Assembly (NCBI GenBank): GCA_964016885.1
Contig: CAXHJY010000767.1
Location: 1-64,000, forward strand
Direction: 5' to 3'
Length of the DNA: 64,000 nucleotides
Source: Eledone cirrhosa
Lineage: Eukaryota
Both the position numbers and the translations under genes were made by a program. This document shows, piece after piece, positions 13,654 to 25,333 of the stretch (positions are counted from its first letter, which is position 1; each line of letters starts with the position of its first letter). The notes under the pieces were generated by a model. The model did no database searches. It worked only from the letters and a program-made list of their open reading frames with translations, and was not told the DNA's origin.

Positions 13654-13758
13654 GCTTCTATAATTTTCGGCGAAGGCAGGGAGTACGTGGCTCTGATGAA
13701 CGCCAAACAGTGTGAAACAGACTGTCAGCTTCTCTCCCTTCTTTCGCTGAAAAGAAGC
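13654..13758 (+). ncRNA. Type I hammerhead ribozyme (candidate)
   Basis: ggct CTGATGA acgc-caaaca-gtgt GAAA cagactg TC agct. The stem I extension 13664-13683 / 13734-13753 pairs at 19 of 20 positions. Confidence 0.82.
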
Positions 13759-14073
13759 AACATAGTCACTACTTTTAAAACTGATAGTATATGGTCTTCA
13801 AAATGTTTTTAATTAAACAGACGGTATATTGCCAAATATACTATACATATATTCATGTATACATCGCTATTTCAGAGCACCAATCCTAATATATATAATC
13901 ATCGTCACCACCGTTGTGCATATACAAATATGCACTGGAGGGAATGATATTATCTTTAAAGAACTGAAAACATAATAATCTTCTGTAGTTAGCTGATGAG
14001 AAAGGAATATGTCCATGCTTTTCAATTGTTTGTCTATGTCACACGTGCTCAGATATATTGAACTCTCTCTCTC

Positions 14074-14104
<31 letters not shown>

Positions 14105-15421
14105 GGATCCATCTGTACCAATTCACACAATATATAACAATATAACCAGCCATAGAAACTGTAAAAGGTCATACTTAAAGTATCTATGTTTTTTAGCTGC
14201 TGAAATATATTCATAATAAACCAGCATCTACTCTTAGAAAGAACTATGAAAGACAGGGAAGTGTGTTTGGTGTGAGAGAGTTTGTAGATAATGGTGTGTA
14301 TAAGGTAGAGAAGAAATAAGGAGAGAGAGGGGGGGGGCAGAGAGGGTAAGATACAGATATATACACACACATATATATGCATTTGTGAATGTGTATATAA
14401 ATGTATGTGTATGTATATATACAAACACATACACACACATATATATATACACACACACACACACACATGTATATATATGCGCGCACACACACACATATTC
14501 AATACACTCACACACATATATATGCAAGCAGCATGGAAAAATGGGTGCTAAATGGGATGATGAAGACTATAGAGAGAGAGAGAGAGAGAGAAAGAGATGG
14601 GAGGGAGAGAGAGAAAGAGATGGGAGGGAGAGAGAGAAAGAGATGGGAGGGAGGGAGGGAGATAGAGTGGGAGGGGAGGGATATAGAGTGGGAGGGGAGG
14701 GAGAGAGAGTGGGAGGGGAGGGAGAGAGAGTGGGAGGGAGGAGAGAGAGAGGGGTGAGAGAGTGGGAGGAGGGAGAGAGAGAGGGGAGGGAGATAGAGAA
14801 TGGGAAGGGAGAGATAGAGAGGGGGAGGCAGATAGAGAGGGGGAGAGGGGGAGGGAGAGCGAGAGGGGGGGAGGGAGAGGGTTAGATGTGTCTAGAACTA
14901 CAGGACATTGGTTGACAATAACACAGCATAGGTAGAGCAGTAACAATCCGCAGGTGATATATAAATATGTAATGTGAATGGGTGAGTGAGTGAGTGAGTG
15001 ATGGGTGACAGATGTGACACGATGACAACCAAATGGAAATATGGTGGAGCAAGAAGCAGAGAATCCATTGAAAAAATATGTGGTGAAGACATATTTTAGA
15101 AATGTTGAACTATGGTGAACTATGGAGCTATGAAAATATTGATAGAAGTTTGTAATAAGCTCTATGGCAGATATGGCTGACACATTCGTTGGAGGAGAGA
15201 AGGTGGTGAGAAGAGAGGAGGGGCGGAGGGAGGGAGGAAGCCATATGACTGTTGAAAGAATGGTTGGTGGTGGTGGTGATATGTGAGTGTAGGGGTCTGT
15301 GTGTGTGTGTATGTATATACATACACACACACACACACACATACACACACACACATATATGCACATATACATATACATATATATATATATATATGACAAA
15401 GGACTGCAATATGTGACAAGA

Positions 15422-15471
<50 letters not shown>

Positions 15472-15473
<2 letters not shown>

Positions 15474-15661
15474 CAAAGGAAATGTGGTAAGGAACCAGGT
15501 GGCCCATAATGCACCAAAGTACTCAATACTTAGGGTAGTAGAGTGGGTAATAGGAATGAGTAGGACCCCGACGGCTGAGCTCAAGCCGTTTCGATGGCTA
15601 ATTCCAGTCCAGAATTAGCCGTCGAAACGGCTTGAGCTCTGCCGTCGGGGTCCTACTCGTT

Positions 15662-15666
<5 letters not shown>
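15472..15666 (+). mobile_element. (TA)n-embedded fold-back element, copy 1
   Basis: ~80-bp unique leader plus near-perfect ~55-bp arms (15550-15666); homologous to the copies at 23268, 32986 and 63820. Confidence 0.8.
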
Positions 15667-15709
<43 letters not shown>

Positions 15710-16061
15710 TATACATATAACAATATATATATGAAACGGCTTGAGCTCTGCCGTCGGGGTCATAGTTGTTCCTATTATATATATATATATATATATAGAA
15801 GCAGCATATATATAAAGCTATATATAAAGGAAGAATCATCCCCAGTACAACAGTACTGGTACTTTTTTTTTTATCAACCTTGAAAAAATGAAAGGCAACC
15901 TTGACATTGGAAGGTTTTGAACCCAAAGATCAGAGAACTGGAACGAATGTCACAAAGTATTGTCACAAAGTATTGTCACAAAGTATTGTGACATTCGAAC
16001 GACTCCACCAATTTGTTTCCCTTAGCAATAAAAAAAAATGGTGTAAATTTACTCTACTCAC

Positions 16062-16141
16062 TGTTTCTTCAAACATGTCATTGGACAAACATGTTTGGCT
16101 TTAAAGCTGGTGGTTACTTTTCTTAGACCCTCACACCACAT
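16062..16141 (-). CDS. PLCB4: PLC-beta coding exon 5
   Basis: MWCEGLRKVTTSFKAKHVCPMTCLKK(H); tttcag acceptor, gtgag donor; 80 nt, phase 0/2. Confidence 0.95.
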
Positions 16142-16194
16142 CTGAAAGAAGAAGCATAATGAGTGGTGTATGTGTATATATGTGTGTGTGTGCA

Positions 16195-16229
<35 letters not shown>

Positions 16230-16269
16230 GCTAGTGTGGAAGACAAGTCAATGCGGATTGAACGGATAA

Positions 16270-16513
16270 ATAATTAAGTCATAAGAAATGAGGGGTTGTT
16301 TTTTTACCTTAATTTTTTCATGTCCTGATATTTCAAGATTAATATCTCTTCTTCCGAGGAAAATAAAGGAACTATTCCAGCGACCGATGTGGCTTGCTAT
16401 ACCAAGCTGGCCAATAGTGGTTTTGATTCGGAAGAAGAGATATTAATCTCGAAATATCAGGACATATCAATAAATTAAGGTAAATTACACCCCTCGTTTC
16501 TTACGACTTAATT
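16270..16513. repeat. Long inverted repeat (~85-bp arms)
   Basis: aattaagtcataagaaatgagggg...tcttcttccga pairs with tcggaagaaga...cccctcgtttcttacgacttaatt; contains a hammerhead-like gagat-atta-atctc GAAA. Confidence 0.75.
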
Positions 16514-16600
16514 CGTCCAATCCACATCGTCGTGGCTTTCAAACTTCAAATTCTTTATACCATATACAATGCTTCAAGTAAACTACAAATTACTTCTATG

Positions 16601-16634
<34 letters not shown>

Positions 16635-16849
16635 CACATAGGGTGTCCCCCAAAGATGTATACACTTTGATTTCCTGTACAGGCAATATTTATTAGAACG
16701 CTGCCTTCGTCTCTGTCACCCACTCAACCTTCCAGCGTAAATTTATATAAGAACATTTCTTAACAGGGGGCAGTAGCGCTCACTCTGAAAACCTTTGGGT
16801 TAGATGGATAAATATTTAATTAGAAATCTGGTGAAGTTTTAAGACTAAC

Positions 16850-16987
16850 CTTGGCTGTCTCAGCATCTCTGGTAATCAACGGAGTGTAGTTGATGTTAAC
16901 AAGATCAAGCCCACTGCAAACTGTTACCATTCTCCCATCTAATGGACCCGTGCCTTTCTGTTCGAGTTCTGTTACAGTTTTTAGTTC
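16850..16987 (-). CDS. PLCB4: PLC-beta coding exon 4 (PH domain)
   Basis: ELKTVTELEQKGTGPLDGRMVTVCSGLDLVNINYTPLITRDAETAK (VCSGxDLVN motif); gtgcag acceptor, gttag donor; 138 nt. Confidence 0.92.
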
Positions 16988-18099
16988 CTGCACAACAGCA
17001 ATATAAGAAGAAGAAAATAACAACAACAATATATAAAGTACCAGTAATACACTGGGGTAATTGTTGGCCTTGTGCCAAAAGTAGCAACACTTATTTATAC
17101 ATAGAGAAAATATGGGTTGAAACACACAGAAGCAAACAGTTACATACATATACACACACACACACACACACACTAAAGAGACATGAACAAACATACATAC
17201 ACACACAGAAGCAGAGACATGGTAACACTTATATTACATACACACACACAAACACATACACACAAACACACACATACAGAAGCATGAATACAAAAACCCT
17301 TGTAGTGTTACATAAGGACACACAGACACAAATACAAACACACACACAGAATCACTAATACACATATACAGTGTTACACACACACACACACACAGAATCA
17401 CTAATACACATACACACAGTGTTACACACACACACACACAGAATCAGATATACAGTAACACATTGTTACACACACACACAAACAAACACACAGATACAAA
17501 CACAAACACACATACACAAACAAACACACACAAACACACACACGCGCAAGCACACACAAACAAATACACACACACAGACACAAACACACACAAACACACA
17601 CAAACAAACACAAACAAATACACACAAACACACAGTGAAATACAAGTGCATGTAGAAAAACATTTTCTAATATACAAATATAAGACCACAAACATACATA
17701 TACACACACCTACCCCTACTTGTAGAGGTGAAGATAATGCAAGCACCCTTAATTAGAAACTACCCACAAACTAGCAAGTTGGCACCCTGTAATTTAAGAC
17801 AATTTTCACAAACGAGATTGTAATTAGCTAATTATATACGAGCTATTGGCAGATCAAAGTGTGTGGGAATTCTTCCGTAATCCGGCGTTAATCAACTCTT
17901 TGAAGAGAGAACTGAGGATTGTGGGTTGTTAAACTGTTATCTCTTCAACCTCTGAGAGAGGGGAGGGAGAGAGGGGAGGGAGGGAGGGAGGGGGAGGAGG
18001 GACTTAGAGAGAAAGATAGTGAAAGAGAGAGTGAGGCAGAGTGAAAGAGGGACAGTGTGAGAGAGAGAGAGCAAGAAATATTTAGAGAGATACTATCAT

Positions 18100-18310
18100 C
18101 ATCAACATCATCGTTTAATGTCCATTTTGCACGCTTGCATGAGTTAGATGGGTTTGTCCCATTTGAGGCAAGTCAGGTCAGGAGACCGTGTCTTACTCAG
18201 AACTATTTCTGGCTTGGTTTCTATGGCTGGATGCCCTTCCTAACACCAACTACATTTACAGTGTCTGCTGGGTGCTTTTTGTCATTACTCCCACTTGACC
18301 ACTTTAACAG
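18100..18310 (-). mobile_element. RTE-type 3' tail fragment
   Basis: (CAT)n start and ggatgcccttcctaacaccaac motif. Similar pieces at ~24175-24420, 24790-25010, 33760-34032, 59160-59340 and 63338-63480. Confidence 0.75.
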
Positions 18311-18332
18311 TATATATATGTGTGTATGTGTG

Positions 18333-18449
18333 TATTTATTAAAATAACAGATTAAAGTTTAAGCAAAGAATCGCTGCTTTCACCCTTAACGGGATCTTCT
18401 AAAACCAGCAATTCTTTGCTTAAACTTTCATCTGTTATTTTAATAAATA
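18333..18449. repeat. Fold-back hairpin (~44-bp arms) with a hammerhead remnant in the loop
   Basis: The arms pair almost perfectly; the loop on the minus strand reads tagaaga tccc-gttaa-gggt GAAA. Confidence 0.7.
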
Positions 18450-18529
18450 TTTGCTCTACGGTTTATATTTATATATATATTATCCTTATCGAGCCCTCTT
18501 CAGATTTTAGCCTTCACATTCATTATTAT

Positions 18530-18601
<72 letters not shown>

Positions 18602-19099
18602 AGTGGAACCTTGGTTCACAAACTTAATTTGTTCCTGAAGGCCGTTTGTCACCTGAAATGTTCGTAAACTGAAACTATTTTTCCCATATGAAATGTAAAG
18701 AGAGAAATTCAGAAATAGAGAGGGAGACTTTGTGTGAAAGACAGATAAATATCACCATAGTAACTAACTACACAGCAAGTCACACTTTCCTGCTGATAAT
18801 CAGAGCTTGTCATCAACTGTTGTTGCCAGCTTGTGCATTTGTCATCCGAGGCATTTTATGTTTGGAAACATTGTTCATGAACTGAGGTTCCATTGTGTGT
18901 GTGTGTGTGTGTGTGTATACACACACACAACACCACTAACAACAACAGCAACACCAACACTAACAACACCACCACCACCACCATCACTAACAACACTGCC
19001 ACTAACAACAACACCACCACCACCACTACCAACAACAACAGTGACAACAGCACCACTAACAACAACAACTGTATCAGAATTAAAAATTGTTCAACTTAC

Positions 19100-19165
19100 A
19101 TTTATCTTGGGTAGAGTCCCAAGTCTGACATCATTGATCTGTGTACACTCCAAGACTTGACCTTC
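19100..19165 (-). CDS. PLCB4: PLC-beta coding exon 3 (PH domain)
   Basis: EGQVLECTQINDVRLGTLPKIN; tttcag acceptor, gtaag donor; 66 nt. Confidence 0.9.
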
Positions 19166-19227
19166 CTGAAATATTTCAGGGAGAAACAAAGACAAATATA
19201 GAAAAATAATCAATCACAGAAAATATT

Positions 19228-19412
19228 ATTGTTTCTACTTTTGGCACAAGGCCAGCAATTATCCCAGTGTATTACTGGTACTTTATTTTATCGACCCCGT
19301 AAGGATGAAAGGCAAAGTTAACCTCGGCGGGATTTGAACTAAGAACATAAAGGGTTGTAACTTTATGCTGCAAAGCATGGCGTCTGACACTCCGATACTG
19401 CCAATCCACCGC
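19228..19412 (-). mobile_element. tRNA-derived SINE (gcctttcatccttacggggtcgataaaataaagtacc family)
   Basis: Head gcggtggattggcagtatcgg, B box gttcaaatcc, tail ccttgtgccaaaagtagaaacaat; sits in the short intron between coding exons 2 and 3. Confidence 0.88.
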
Positions 19413-19481
19413 TAAGAGAGAGTGCGAGAAAGAGAGAGAGTGCGGGAAGGAGAGAGAGAGAGGGAGAGAGAGAGAACTTAC

Positions 19482-19562
19482 CTTTCCATCACTTTTCCAA
19501 TAGATAAAAAAACCATATTCATCAACTTGTACACGGCAGTTATATTCCACTGTGCTACTTTC
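19482..19562 (-). CDS. PLCB4: PLC-beta coding exon 2 (PH domain)
   Basis: ESSTVEYNCRVQVDEYGFFIYWKSDGK; ctccag acceptor, gtaag donor; 81 nt, phase 0/0. Confidence 0.95.
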
Positions 19563-19584
19563 CTGGAGTAGAAAATGTTGAAAA

Positions 19585-19965
19585 TTAGACCATCAAACAT
19601 TAGACCACACACATTAGACCACACACATTAGACCACATACATTAGTCCATCAAACATTAGACCACACATATTAGACCATCACACAATAGACCACACACAT
19701 TAGACCATCAAACATTAGACCACACACATTAGACCACACACATTAGAACACACACATTAGAACACACACATTAGAACACACACATTAGAACACACACATT
19801 AGACCACATACATTAGACCATCATACATTAGACCACATACATTAGACCATCAAACATTAGACCACACACATTAGACCATCAAACATTAGAACACACACAT
19901 TAGACCATCAAACATTAGAACACACACATTAGACCATCATACATTAGACCACACACAGACCACAC
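19585..19965. repeat. 14-15-bp minisatellite
   Basis: attagaccacacac / attagaccatcaaac units. Confidence 0.9.
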
Positions 19966-20317
19966 ACAACATATGTGGCTATATATATGCAAAGCAACAC
20001 TTCCAATTACACACCACCACCCACATACACCCATACACTCATCTCACAAATCACAACAAACACTATATTTTTTTTTGTCACATCACCTATGGGTGACCTT
20101 GAGCCAATCCTGTGAAACACGTGTAACGGTTTGATACACAAAAATCTAATACAGTGAAACAAAATTTCCTCGTCTTTTCAAATATATATATACATATATA
20201 TATACATATATATTCTATATGTATATATATACACACACACACACGTGCAAGAATGGAAAATGGAGGTTAAACAGTGATAGTGATGATAAACACATACAGA
20301 CATTTATATTGACTTAC

Positions 20318-20348
<31 letters not shown>

Positions 20349-20591
20349 CACATATACATACATATAATACATATACATACACCAATACCTACTTACATGC
20401 ATAGATATATTTACACACCTGTCTAACTACCTACACACATACATACACACACAGTCATGAGAGAGAGAGGGGGGTAGAGAGAGAGGGAGAGAGAGAGGAG
20501 AGAGATATAGATAGGGGGAAAGGAGGAGAGGATGCTGGAGAGAGGATGAGAGAGAGAGAAGAGAGAGAGGTGTAGGAGGGGGAGGCTATGT

Positions 20592-20627
<36 letters not shown>

Positions 20628-20754
20628 GTAGGAGGGGGAGGCTATGTCAGCTGTGAAGTTCTCATAGTTCAATAGAAGTTGTGGTGATGTTAGAGAGTAC
20701 TTCATGATGTGGTGAAGTGTGAGGACTGCATCACATTATATAACATTACAACTA

Positions 20755-21100
20755 CACCACCACCACTGCCACTGCCACCACCACTGCCACCACCACCACC
20801 ACCACTGCCACCACCACCATCACTGCCACCACCACCACCACCACTGCCACCACCACCATCACTGCCACCACTGCCACCACCACCATCACTGCCACCACTG
20901 CCACCACCACCATCACTGCCACCACTGCCACCACCACCACCACTGCCACCACCACATCACTGCCACCACTGCCACCACCACTACTACTAGCACCACCACC
21001 ACTGCCACCACCACCATCACAACCATCACTGCCACCACCACCACCATACACTACCACCACCACCGCACCCCACAACCACCACCACACCATACACCACCAC
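20755..21100. repeat. (CCA)n-derived repeat
   Basis: cactgccaccacc units. Confidence 0.9.
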
Positions 21101-21283
21101 TACATCCCTCCCCCCCCACAATCACAACACCACCACTGACGTAATTCAACAGGCTTCCAAACAGTCTCTGTCTACCCAATATCACTGACAAGCCACAGAA
21201 CAACCCAAGGTGCCCCACGGTGGGATTGAACCTGGGACCTAATTATTGGGAAGTGAACCTCTTAACCACTTGGCCTGCTGTGT

Positions 21284-21351
<68 letters not shown>

Positions 21352-21396
21352 ATGTATATACTTACACAAACATATAGTCAGTTACATAGTGACATT

Positions 21397-21680
21397 GATA
21401 TATACACACATACAAATATATACACCCTGATATATACACACATACAATTATATACACCCTGATATATACACACATACAATTATATACACCCTGATATATA
21501 CACACATACAATTATATACACCCTGATATATACACACATACAATTATATACACCCTGATATATACACACATACAATTATATACACCCTGATATATACACA
21601 CATACAATTATATACACCCTGATATATACACACATACAATTATATACACCCTGATATATACACACATACAATTATATACA
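21397..21680. repeat. 32-bp minisatellite, ~8 copies
   Basis: tgatatatacacacatacaattatatacaccc. Confidence 0.92.
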
Positions 21681-21957
21681 TACACACATTAACACACACA
21701 TAAACACCCTGACTTTAATATATAGACACACTCATAACATAAACCCTGATTAACACATACAATATACCCTGACATTAACATACATATACACACACATAAT
21801 GACATAGTGACATACATATACACACACAATGACATTCACCCTAACACATACACACACACAATAACATACTAACACACACATACACAGTTTCATACTTACA
21901 CATACACAATTATATAAATACATGAACACACACATAATGACAGACTTACCAACATTC

Positions 21958-23027
21958 ACATACACACACACTAACATACAGACATACACACACACTAACA
22001 TACTGACATACACACACACTAACATACTGACATACACACACAATAACATACAGACATACACACACAATAACATACAGACATACACACACAATAACATACA
22101 GACATACACACACACTAACATACTGACATACACACACAATAACATACTGACATACACACACAATAACATACAGACATACACACACACTAACATACTGACA
22201 TACACACACAATAACATACTGACATACACACACAATAACATACAGACATACACACACACTAACATACAGACATACACACACACTAACATACAGACATACA
22301 CACACAATAACATACAGACATACACACACACTAACATACTGACATACACACACAATAACATACTGACATACACACACAATAACATACAGACATACACACA
22401 CACTAACATACAGACATACACACACACTAACATACTGACATACACACACACTAACATACAGACATACACACACAATAACATACAGACATACACACACACT
22501 AACATACTGACATACACACACACTAACATACTGACATACACACACAATAACATACTGACATACACACACACTAACATACTGACATACACACACAATAACA
22601 TACTGACATACACACACACTAACATACTGACATACACACACAATAACATACTGACATACACACACACTAACATACTGACATACACACACAATAACATACT
22701 GACATACACACACAATAACATACAGACATACACACACAATAACATACAGACATACACACACACTAACATACTGACATACACACACAATAACATACAGACA
22801 TACACACACAATAACATACAGACATACACACACACTAACATACAGACATACACACACACTAACATACTGACATACACACACACTAACATACTGACATACA
22901 CACACACTAACATACAGACATACACACACAATAACATACAGACATACACACACACTAACATACAGACATACACACACACTAACATACTGACATACACACA
23001 CAATAACATACTGACATACACACACAA
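21958..23027. repeat. 24-bp minisatellite, ~44 copies with two dimorphic positions
   Basis: acatacacacaca[c/a]taacatac[a/t]g. Confidence 0.95.
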
Positions 23028-23187
23028 TTATATAATACTGGCTTAAATACAAGTACACACCTACACACACACAATTATATAAATACTCACATTAACATAC
23101 ATACATCATATGTATCCTGACATTAACACACATATATACACAAATATATATACCCATATATATATTTGATATACCTATATACATTTA

Positions 23188-23219
<32 letters not shown>

Positions 23220-23231
23220 TTCCTATGGAAA

Positions 23232-23267
<36 letters not shown>

Positions 23268-23269
<2 letters not shown>

Positions 23270-23473
23270 CGAAGGACATGTGGTAAGGAACCAGGTGGAC
23301 CATAACGCACCAAAGTACTCAATACTTAGGGTAGTAGAGTGGGTAATAGGAACGAGTAGGACCCCAACGGCTGAGCTCAAGCCGTTTCGACGGCTAATTC
23401 TGGACTAAATTTAGTCCAGAATTAGCCGTCGAAACGGCTTGAGCTCAGCCGTCGGCGTCCTACTCGTTCCTAT
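23268..23473 (+). mobile_element. (TA)n-embedded fold-back element, copy 2
   Basis: Arms 23346-23473 form an almost perfect palindrome centred on ctaaatttag. Confidence 0.82.
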
Positions 23474-23714
23474 ATATATATATATATATATAAAAAACAT
23501 GAGAAGAAAGAATACTGCGTGGTTGCACATGGGTTACATATGATAAAAATAGTCCTTCGTCAGTGATTTTCCAACCTTCATTGGTATTTCATCGCATTAA
23601 AAATCATATACCTCGGGTTGGTGCGAGCAATAACTAAATAAAGCTATTGGGACAAGTAAATCATGTAAAGCGAGTGAGACATGTAAACAACATAGAAGGA
23701 TGATAGCAACGCAA

Positions 23715-23764
<50 letters not shown>

Positions 23765-23872
23765 CAAGTATTTCATCGTATTTTTTTTACTAAAGAAATT
23801 TTAGCCTAATAGTGGGGTTTATAATCCTCAGAGAAATGGAAAAAGATGAGTATTTTATATATATTTTACAAG

Positions 23873-23959
23873 GGGTCTGATGAGCCGCAGATTACAGAGT
23901 CAGGTCAGATCGATACAGCTCAAATCTTGAGCTAGTCAGTGGTGAAACGCATGTCACCT
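23873..23959 (+). ncRNA. Minimal type I hammerhead ribozyme (candidate)
   Basis: gggt CTGATGA gccgc...gtggt GAAA cgcatg TC acct, followed by AATAAA. Confidence 0.7.
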
Positions 23960-24420
23960 ACCAATAAATGTAATGAAGGAGTAACCAATCGTCCTTGTTA
24001 TCCTTTCAATATATTACACTCTGTCTAGCTCTACACCTCGACACTGAAGTGAACCTAAACATCGAGTGCTCACCCGGGTGAACCTACAGTAACTCCAAGT
24101 TACACTCCCTGGAGATATATATAAATCAGGGGATTACATTCCAAGAACACACAGAAAGAGTGTAGAGTATTAATCATCATCATCATCGTTTAATGTCTAT
24201 CTTCTACGCTAGCATGGGTTAGACAGGTTTATATCATTTAGAGGCAAGTTGGGTCGGGTGACCGTGTCTCGCTCATAAAAGACTCTTTCTGGTTGGTTTT
24301 CTACGGCTGGATGCCCTTCTTAGCACCAACCACATTTACAGTGTGTGCTGGGTGCTTTTGGCTGTTTCTCCTACATGACCACTTTACAGTGTGGGCTGGA
24401 TGTTTTGTGGTACCAACATA

Positions 24421-24713
24421 ATATAGTCATACTTTGGGAGGCTCATGCTGCCAATAAAAACACACACCTCTTGGTTTTCACTTCAATTTTTTTATAAATT
24501 TCCGGTTGGTGAAGGACAGAACAAAGGAGAGACACAAAAATAAAAACCTAGCCACTGAGGAGGTCACAGAATATGTGACGAAAGAGCTTTGACAATATAT
24601 AAACAACCTTCCGGTTATTGAACCAACCAATCAACCAGAAATTTATAATAAATTGAAGTGAAAATCAACAGGTGTGTGTGTTTCTATTGGCAGCATGACC
24701 CTCCCAAAGTATG

Positions 24714-24720
<7 letters not shown>
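24421..24720. mobile_element. Fold-back element (~90-bp arms) with a hammerhead-like motif in the loop
   Basis: Arms ~24421-24510 and ~24630-24720. The loop (24551-24593) reads gcca CTGAGGA g gtcaca-gaata-tgtgac GAAA gagc TT tgac. Confidence 0.65.
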
Positions 24721-24761
<41 letters not shown>

Positions 24762-25141
24762 TATACAGTCCACCTATATATATATATATACAGTCCACGC
24801 TGTAATGTGGCCGTGTAGGCAACACGGTAAAAACCTCCCAGCCCCACACTGTAAATGTGGTTGGTGTTAGGAAGGGCATCCAGCTGTAGAAAACCCGCCA
24901 GACAGTCCTATGTGAGCAAGACAATCACTCTTGCTTCAAGTGGGAAAACCCCCGTCCAAACCCATGCAAGCGTGGAACACGGACGTTAAACGTTGATGAT
25001 GATGATGATGATATATATATATATATATATATATGCTAAAGGGTGTGGATATTTCGGCTTTCTTTTGTAGGACAAGGGTAATTATAAATAGCAGGGTGTA
25101 TATGTTTGTAGGAAATGTCTTATAGCATTATATTATGTCAT

Positions 25142-25333
25142 GCGGTGGATTGGCAGTATCGGTAGAGGGTCGGACGCCATGCTTTGCAGCATAGAGTTAC
25201 GGCCCTTTGTGGTCTGAGTTCAAATCCCGCCGAGGTTAACTTTGCCTTTCATCCTTACGGGGGGTCGATAAAATAAAGTACCAGTAATACACTGAGATAA
25301 TTGCTGGCCTTGTGCCTAAAGTAGAAACAATTA
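25142..25333 (+). mobile_element. SINE, same family as 19228
   Basis: Full-length copy. Others at 29561-29802(-), 38398-38586(-), 42477-42610(-), 51040-51222(+), 54056-54245(+), 54597-54786(-) and 58890-59025(-). Confidence 0.88.

Noticed and set aside
20075-20150. GAAA-cacgtg-TA hammerhead 3' half
   Set aside because: No CUGANGA core upstream; at most a remnant.
21750-23070. 374-425-aa ORFs of CVYV/THTN repeats and similar YI/CV/HT/ER ORFs throughout
   Set aside because: Microsatellite and minisatellite translations.
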